Positions 55,552 through 64,000 of a stretch of DNA of 64,000 bases are shown in pieces (the first letter of the stretch is position 1; each line of letters starts with the position of its first letter). Made by a program: the position numbers and the translations under genes. The stretch spans positions 17,856,001 through 17,920,000 of the forward strand of contig OZ024756.1 of assembly GCA_964016885.1 (NCBI GenBank), given 5' to 3'. The stretch comes from Eledone cirrhosa (Eukaryota). Under the pieces are notes generated by a model that saw only the letters and a program-made list of their open reading frames with translations, was not told the DNA's origin and searched no databases.

Positions 55552-58239
55552 AAAGGAGGAAAAGTGACATTGAATCTTTGGAAAGACAGATGCAGAGAGC
55601 TGAAAAAGAGCAAGAAATGATCCAATTATTTATGGATGTGTCTTTGGACTCTACCGAAGACAACGAACAAGTTGCGGATGTTGATTTCTCATCTGACAGT
55701 GCTCCGTCGGTTCCTAAGAAGCGTAATGTTGTGGCAACATTGGACTTCGGAGATGACCTTCTACCTCCATGTTTCAGACACCTATGAATCAGTGAGAAGA
55801 TAATAAAGCTGGAAGTATACAAAAATATCGATGAACTGAAATCCATAACTCATATGTCTGAAAATCAGACTAATGCCGCGATAGTTGTTGTTGGAAATAA
55901 ATTGTTTGACAGGAAATGGAAGTTACATAACGAAATCGACGTGATCAATCTCGATACTTTACCTCATAAACGTAATATTCGAGAGAGCGGAAAAAGTATT
56001 GAAATGATGGCACTGGACTGCATAGTTAAAGAAATCATGTCTTCAGATACCAACAGCGTGATTACCTATCACGACGACGGGTCCAAAAAACAAGGTGTTC
56101 GATCTTTCAGTGTTCAGGGCAGGACAGTTGGTGGAAAGTACAGAGCGCTTCCTACTTTACCGATAGCGTCTGAATCGCGACAGAACTTGGCTGATTTAAA
56201 ATTGGCTGTTTTGTCCATACTTGAAGCTGCAAGTGAGGTACCCATCAAATTGCTCTTCGAAAAAATTGATTTTGTGATAACTGATCAGACATCACACAAT
56301 TTCGAGGTTGAGGCGATCCTAGCTGAAAAACTAGAGACTGAACACGTTCCAGACCCTCTTTTCTGTAATGTTCATCCTTCCCTCATGTTCAACATGGTTT
56401 TGACAAAGCTATGGTCTGAAATTGAAAACGAAATTGGTAGAGAAAATCTTCTCGAGTTTTCTAGTGAATGCAACTACTAATGCCTCAAGTGTCACAGAGC
56501 AAGCCCTCGACTGTATAACAAGATTGATATGCCATGATTTCGACCATAAAAATTGGAACAAGGTGAATGACTTTGACTCGTTTATACATCCACGCAAAAA
56601 CAAGTCCGTTTCATTGAAAGATGAACGGTTCAATCAGCTTACCATAACTTGTGCAGTTACGCTGTATCACCTAGACGATGTAGCCACATACATTCAGAAA
56701 TTTGAGCATGTCACTAACCAGTTGGCATGCATAGTGCGCTGTTTTATGAATATGGACTTCTTCCAGGTGTTGTTCTGCAGTGGAGTTATCATTGGATTGC
56801 ATTTGGTAGAGCCATTCTCATCACTCACGACTGCACAAGCAACGGACTATCCCAAACTGGCGATAGCATTCAATAAGATCTACGATGATTTGATACATAT
56901 TGATCCCAGCAAATTATTATCTACCGACCAACCAGCTTTGAGTTTCGTATCAGAAGAATGTTTCAGACAGATCCGATATGATGACGAAATGTGTGATGCG
57001 ATAAATGCGGCGACCAGCGAGTTGAGAGATGATGTTCTCAAAGTCATAAAGGTGCTCTTACCGAAGTTGGGTGATGGCTTCCAGAAGCAAAAGGGCGACA
57101 TATTTGGATTTGGAGAAGCTCACGATTCTCCATACGCCTTATCAAAGATGGACACTGCCAAACTTTCAAAAAGCGCCTATTCACAACCTCGATTCAGAAA
57201 GAGGCGTGGGCTTTATTAATTACGAATTGACTCACCGAGGCGCGAAAGAATTGGCCGCCACTTCTTCATCTCAAGTAAAAGTAAAGATGAAGACTAAAGA
57301 CCTGATCGAAAGTGAGTCGGGGTCTTTCGTCAAATACAGGAAGTTGGTTAGAAAAGGCGGCCAAATACCTGAAATTATGAAAGCATGGACTGTAAGACAG
57401 GAGGAGTTGACACGCGAAGGCCTCGCAACCGAGAAAAATGCCAATATCACCACCGACAAGCGACAAAACAAGGATTTTGATTATCTAAAATCTGTAGGTG
57501 GTCCTTTCACTAAAAAGGAGGAAATAGATACATATATGGAGAGGGATACAGCTTCGGAAACAGATAAAATAGAAAGGTTGTATTTAGAAATTAGATATGC
57601 AAGGGACATTTCGCTATCGATACCAAAAACCAGCGACATTTTCAAACTGAAAAGGAATTGTCGGAAACTAGATGTGGATACTTACGTGCGAAATCTGAGG
57701 ATTTATCTGGAGAAAGTCAGCTGCAAAACGGATGCTCCTGTTCAGGACTTTAAAGATGCTTTAGATCACTTGTTGAACAATTATAATTTAAAATAAACCA
57801 ATGATAATGTACCAATGAATCATGCATAATAATTTTTTCAAGCCACAGACTAGAGTTAAGCTCATTTTGTCTTCGGAAATGCGTTTAAAATATGCCATTC
57901 ATGAAAAATGATATATTAGTCAATATAGTTGGTCAATAACAGTTTCCCATATCCGGCATCCTGGATTTCCGGCATATTGGATGGTCGTAATGCAAAAACA
58001 ATACCATAAATGAGTTTATCGACCCCAAAAACCCCCCTTGTGATGAAAAAATATCAAGTATAGGTGCAATAATAGCGGACTTTTCCTTCTTTTCGACCAT
58101 CCTCAACTTCAGGGGGTTCCGGCCCTCGGGAAAATTTTTTTGTATGATTTCAGTGAATGGTATGGGTCACTACATACTTTAAAGGGGGCCCAGAAATTGA
58201 GTCTGCAGATTTGTAAATTAGCACACACACACACCCCTC
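55552..58239 (+). mobile_element. Decayed, left-truncated DNA transposon encoding a DDE transposase with CxxH motif (possibly Sola2-like)
   Basis: ORFs 55578-55787, 55854-56480, 56422-57219 and 57071-57796 join across one stop and two frameshifts. Candidate triad YHDDG / ITDQTSHN / HNLDSERGVG plus CNVH. Right end ...CCCCTC. Confidence 0.65.
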
Positions 58240-58296
58240 TACTTACAGGGAGGACTGGGTGCTTTTTGTCATGGCTCCAATACAACAACCTTACAG

Positions 58297-58990
58297 CCCT
58301 CTTCCTTTTGAGGAACTGCTTCGCCCTGCCGAAGCTCCTCTACACATTTTGTAGCACTCCTTGCTACACCCACACGTCTCTCCTCACTCACCTCGATACT
58401 TATATCCAAGTGGCAGCTGAGGAGATATGCAATGTCAGGTTTGATGACTTTGGGTGGCAACAGGCCACCTTACCTGTAAGAAACAGTGACCTTGGTCTCC
58501 GTTCTATGGTCTGGCTGGCTTTGACGACATTTCCTTCATCAGTAACCTCTTGCCGTATTCTCATCAACAGGGTTCTCCACAACACAATGGAACCCACTGT
58601 GATCGAAGAATGTGAGGCCGCCTGCAAGACTTGGAACCAGCTCGGACTCTGTCCAGTAGACATCTCTCCTCCTCTTCCCCCTGTAGATGTCAAATCACGC
58701 TAGAGCATATGGAATGCCATCCAGCGCAACGTGGCCTCAGACATGCTAGCACGCCAGCTCAATCAGCACTGCCTCACATGTTTTCGTTCGGCCTTGCAAC
58801 CCAACAGCAGTGCCTGGCTCAATGCCTTACTCTGCTTTTCAGCTGGCATACAGCTGAATAATGAAAGCTCGCAAATCGGGGTTTCTTTGAGGCTCGGCCT
58901 TCAGATCAACAAGCCACACAAATGTCACTGTGAATCCACAGTGTCTCCCTCACCATCTTCCAGGGAAACGCCTTCTCTATTGTCTGCTGC
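58297..58990 (+). mobile_element. CRE-like (restriction-like endonuclease class) non-LTR retrotransposon fragment
   Basis: PKLLY..TP, QATLPVR..DLGLRS, SAWLNAL, LRLGL and CHC in two same-frame ORFs split by one TAG; ends in a GNAFS-like segment. Confidence 0.65.
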
Positions 58991-60480
58991 TTTAGTAATC
59001 ATGAGGTTCCGAGTTGAAATATCATTTACTATAGCTTCAGGTCAACCTAACACATTGTGACAGGGACAGTGGAAAGATTTCTGAAAGGGGGGGGGGGGGG
59101 GGGGGGGGGGGCAAATTTGGTCAATTAAATTGTAGTAGTTATTTTAGCTGTTATAAGGGTGGTGGATTGGCAGTATTGGCAGAGGGTCGGACGCCATGCT
59201 TTCCAGCATAGTTACGTCCCTTTACGGTCTGAGTTCAAATCCCACCGATTTTAACTTTGCCTTTCATCTACGGAGTCGATAAAATAAAGTACCAGTAATG
59301 TACTGAGTATTTGATGGCCTTGTGCCAAAGGTAGAAACAATTATCAAATATCAACCACGATATTAAAAAAACTTTGATATGCAATAAACATAACATGTGC
59401 ATAAATTGAAGCATATATACAGATGTGTGTTTTAGTAGTTTGAGGAGAAAAATATAATTATTGGGGGGGGGGCACGGTCCACCGCCCCTGTGTGAGAGAA
59501 ATTGGGTAGGCGGAAACTGTTTGGAAGCCCGTCAGATCGACTGAACCTGTAATTCAAAGGGCCACTGTGTCACGTTGAATTTCAACGAAGATTACGTTAA
59601 AGGTACACGTGTCTGTGTAATGCTCGGTCACTTGCATGTTAATTCCACGAACAGATTGTCGAAAGCGACGGATGTCCAGTCATATGTATATTCACATAAA
59701 TGTTTACTTCTTCAAGAGGTTGCGTCTTGCTAATAGCTGAGACAATGTGTTCTAATGTCAACACACCTGGTTAAGTTGGTGAAATGCTAATTAGGATTGA
59801 CGTAAATCTCACTGACGTGTGTAACTGACACTGGCGAGAAGAGGGGGGAAGGGTGAGAAAGATAGAGTAAGAGATTGAGCTAGAGATAAAGAGAAAGTCA
59901 AAGACATATAGAAAGAGAGAGAGGAAGTCAGAGAGATGGCCGTGAGGACAGAAAGGAAGAGCAGAGTATTAAATAAATGTAGTGAGAGAGTGAGTAGTTG
60001 GAGGCATATAAATAGATGCAGAGAGAGTAGGAGAAGATTTATAAATAGGTATATAGAGAGAGTGAAGGGGAGAAACACTGGTAGGTATAAAGACAAAGAG
60101 TGGGAGGAGAGATACAAATACATATAGAGAGTAAGTAAGAGAAGACATACATGTAGGTACAAAGAGAGGGTGGGAGGAGACAAACAAATTGGTATAGAGA
60201 GAGACTGAGAGGAGAAATACAGGTAGATAGATAGATAGAAAGTGAGAGAAGAGATACAAATAGATATAAAGAGAGTGGTAGGAGAAATACAGATAGATAT
60301 AGAGAGGGTGAGGAAAGAGAAACAGATAAAGGGAGGACGAAGAGGACAGAGGAGAAAAACACAAAGGAATGCAGGTTGACAGAGGACGATATATATATAT
60401 ATTATATATACTTTGGGATGGCCATATATATATATATATATATATATATACGTTATTCAGGGTTGAATCGGAGGTAACCA

Positions 60481-60526
60481 CTGATGATTTCTAAAGAATG
60501 AAACAGTTCTAGTCCTGTAGAATCTC
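60481..60526 (+). ncRNA. Hammerhead core, family A (truncated at the core start)
   Basis: Identical to 20897-20942; preceded by an inverted piece of the same element. Confidence 0.6.
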
Positions 60527-61111
60527 ATCTATATTAAAACTATATATATATATACGCGCACACACGGAAGATTGAGAAATAATTGTTTCTACGTTTGGCA
60601 CAAGGCCAGCAATAACTCAGTGCATTACTGGTACTTTATTTTATCGACCCCGTAAGGATGAAAGGCAAAGTTAACCTCGGCGGGATTTGAACACAGAATG
60701 GCAAGGGCCGTTGAGAAATAATTGTTTCTACTTTTGGCACAAGGCCAGTAATTACCCAGTGCATTACTGGTACTTTATTTTATCGACCCCGTAAGGATGA
60801 AAGGCAAAGTTAACCGCGGCGGGATTTGAACTCAGACCATAAAAGCCGTAACTTTTTGCTTCAAAGCATGGCGTCCGACCCTCTACCGATACTGCCAATC
60901 CACCGCCCCAGGGCCGTTGAGAAATAATGAGACAAATAAACAGGTAGTTTATTGGAAGAAAGAGAGAGGGGGGACAACCACTTTAGAAAGAATTTAAAAA
61001 AGCGTCAACGAAGATAGATAAATAGATAGGTAGGTAGATAGATAATGGAAGAGAAAGAATGGAAGAGTAAGGTCATAACCTTCAATTTAGACAATTTAGA
61101 TTGTCACGTAC

Positions 61112-61156
<45 letters not shown>

Positions 61157-61224
61157 TGTTTGTTCCAGGTATATCTACGTTCGGATTTATGTATTTGATG
61201 GTCCTACTTACTTATTTGAACACA

Positions 61225-61256
<32 letters not shown>

Positions 61257-62502
61257 TGTATATATATATGTGTGTGTGTGTATAGTGTATGTATATATAT
61301 ATATATATATTATTAGATGTTAATCTAGTGGAGAAAGCAACTGAACCGTTGTTGTTATCATGATTTACAAACGACCATAAAAAAAAACTTTCTTTTTGCT
61401 CTGCTCAAGTGCTTGTATTCATTTGACAGGGTCGTTAGAGCGTTCGATTAAATTGCTTGTGGCGAAGTGTGTATTGTGAGTTCCAATCTTGTTAGAGTGT
61501 TCAATGAAATGGCTTATGGCGTTTGTTACAGGAGTGTGTGTAGTGAGTTCAAATCCCTCCGAGGTTTAACTTTGACCTATGGCGTTTGTTACAGGAGTGT
61601 GTGTTGTGAGTTCCAATCTTGTTAGAGTGTTCGATAAAGTGGCTTATGGCGTTTGTTAAAGGTCTGTGTTGTGAGTTTAAATCTCTCCGAGGTTTAATTT
61701 TGTTCTCAAACTTTTGGTGTCACTGCCCCCCCCCCCCCATGGCCACATAATACTCTCATGGTTACGTAATGCCACCAGTGCCCCCAACCCTATTTCCAGA
61801 GAAACCTGCCGACATGCAAATTGTAAATAATATATAATAAATAAAATCATTAAATTATATATCAAATCCCGCCGAGGTTAACTTTACCTTTCATCCTTAC
61901 GGGGTCGATAAAATAAAGTACCAGTAATGCACTGGGTATTTTGCTGGCCTTGTGCCAAAAGTAGAAACAATTAATTTATATATAAGAAATGATATAATAT
62001 AAACTATGTATAAATAAATATATATTTTTTATTTTACTATATTAATATATATGTATCATTTAATATTTAATATACTATTATATCATCTCTACCCCCCCCC
62101 CCACCCTGGACCTTATACTACAACCTCCACCCCCATCAGTACCACAACTCCCACCACCACCACCTCCCCTACCGTCACTACCACCACCACCTCCTCCACC
62201 GTCACTACCACAACCCCCACCACTACCACCACCTCCTCCACCACCACCCGTTTGCTCTTCGGGTGGGTAAAATAAAGTTATGATTAAGAGAGACGATCAC
62301 CACAGCAATACATACACACACGTGTGTACATATTAACAATAACACACACGAGTGTACACATATATAATTACACAATCGCTGACACACACATAGAATTACA
62401 CACACAACCACTGAAACACGTGTACACATAGAAAATAACACACAACCACTGACATAGACACACATGTGTACGCGTAGACAATGACACATAAAACTTTATT
62501 AT

Positions 62503-62582
62503 TCTATGTACTATACATGCACCTTTGATGAGTTGTAGTGCACCTGAGCACTGTACACAATAATTTCATTATTATTATTATA
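62503..62582 (+). mobile_element. Short 3'-end copy of the CR1-type LINE
   Basis: tttgatgagttgtagtgcacctgagcactgtacacaata + (att)n matches the reverse complement of 47040-47110. Confidence 0.8.
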
Positions 62583-63324
62583 AAACCACTGACATCCACA
62601 CACAAGTGTACACAGAAAATATACACAACCTCTGACACACATACATAAGTGAACATACAGGCAATAGCGTATATAACCCTTGACATACACGCTCGCACAC
62701 ACACGCATGTGTACACATTAACAATAATATACACAAACACAAACATACATATAGAACCAACAAACACATGTGTACATATAGACAACCACTAAAACATATA
62801 CATCTCTCTCACCTACCAGTCATACACGCACATCTATATGTAAATAAAATGCACTTTGATTCCATACATACATATATTTATAGACACATGCACACAATAT
62901 ATATATATATTTATAGAGACACGATCACACATATATATTTATAGACACATGCACACAATATATATATATATTTATAGAGACACGATCACACATATATATT
63001 TATAGAGACATATGCACACAATATATATATATATATATATATTTATAGAGACACACGCACACACTATATATATATTTATTGAGAGACACACGCATACATA
63101 TAGTTGGAGACTTACAGAGAGAAAGACACACACAATACATATAGTTAGAGAGACACACACGCTATACATATAATTAGAGAGAGGGACACATACATAAAGT
63201 TAGAGAGAGACACACATAATACATATAGTTAGAGAGAGACACACACACACACACAATACATATAGTTAGAGAGAGACACACACACATAGTTAGAGTGACA
63301 CACACACATACACCGTCATAGTTT

Positions 63325-63358
63325 CAACATGGCGACTAAGCAAGGAGCACTGAACTAG
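63325..63358 (+). promoter_or_regulatory. YY1-like motif (CAACATGGCG) and short uORF near a putative TSS
   Basis: CAACATGGCG at the transition from microsatellite to unique sequence; ATG at 63329 to TAG at 63358 encodes MATKQGALN. Confidence 0.3.
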
Positions 63359-63700
63359 CAGCAAGTGGTTGGAATTGTAAAAAAAATATATAAAAACTTT
63401 ACACCAACTTTTCCCACCTTCACCACCGTCCATCAAACCTTTTAATTCTGTTTTTCTCATTATTATCTTAACTTTTACATTATAATTCTGTCTCTTCGTC
63501 CTCTCGTTATCCTAATTAACGATCAACACCAATAAGAGTAACCACAAAAATTAGTCCCAACAACCACTTTTTTAACGCACACTTATCTCTCGGATATATA
63601 TTTTATAATCGTTGTATATCTTCCTGTTTACTTTTTCCACTCAACCTCTTATCTCGCTGGTTCAACAAACATTTATTAAGACGGATTAATCAAAACGAAA

Positions 63701-63749
63701 ATGAACTTTCCAACGGATATTTACCTATTTCTAACGATCTTGCTGACAA
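63701..63749 (+). CDS. Probable first coding exon (signal peptide start) of a second gene
   Basis: gaaaATG, MNFPTDIYLFLTILLT, then A|gtaagta consensus phase-1 donor; preceded by ~400 nt of non-repetitive sequence. Short, with no downstream exon in the window. Confidence 0.5.
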
Positions 63750-64000
63750 GTAAGTATCTTTTTAAATTAACAACATAATTGTTCTCTCTCTCTCCCTTTT
63801 CCAATTTAAAATGTATTTCTCTCTCGTCCTATGCATCTACTTATCTGTTTATTTATCTCTCCGTCTATATATCATCTATCTTTCTAGCTATATATGTGTA
63901 TACGTGTGTCAACAAAGGTTAGAGACGAAAGTGCATATATAGCTTTCTCTTTATAACTATGTGCATATATATATATATATATATATAATTATATAGAGAG

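Noticed and set aside
59087-59111. Poly-G run as a regulatory G-quadruplex
   Set aside because: An isolated homopolymer in repeat debris with unreliable length and no supporting context.

Overview
AT-rich, repeat-dense animal genomic DNA. The SINE and LINE content suggests an octopus or other coleoid cephalopod, but this is inference. One host gene can be reconstructed on the minus strand from splice signals and reading phase: a TATA promoter at ~24610 and seven coding exons (24552 to 668) encoding signal peptide + atypical C-type lectin domain + at least three EGF repeats, running off the left edge. A probable first exon of a second, divergently oriented secreted or membrane protein gene lies at ~63701. 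The rest is mobile DNA: RTE LINEs with a PHD-like finger, a near full-length CR1-type LINE, CRE-like fragments, a decayed CxxH-type DDE transposon, piggyBac- and pogo-type MITEs, a Helitron, a probable solo LTR, tRNA-SINE families, minisatellites and microsatellites. The most striking signal is a set of at least five sequence-distinct families of type-I hammerhead ribozyme motifs, mostly beside (TA)n tracts and often as fold-back inverted pairs. One family is linked to a GIY-YIG tail (Penelope-like), and three have an unusual U.U at the base of stem II. Coordinates were counted by hand and repeat boundaries are approximate.
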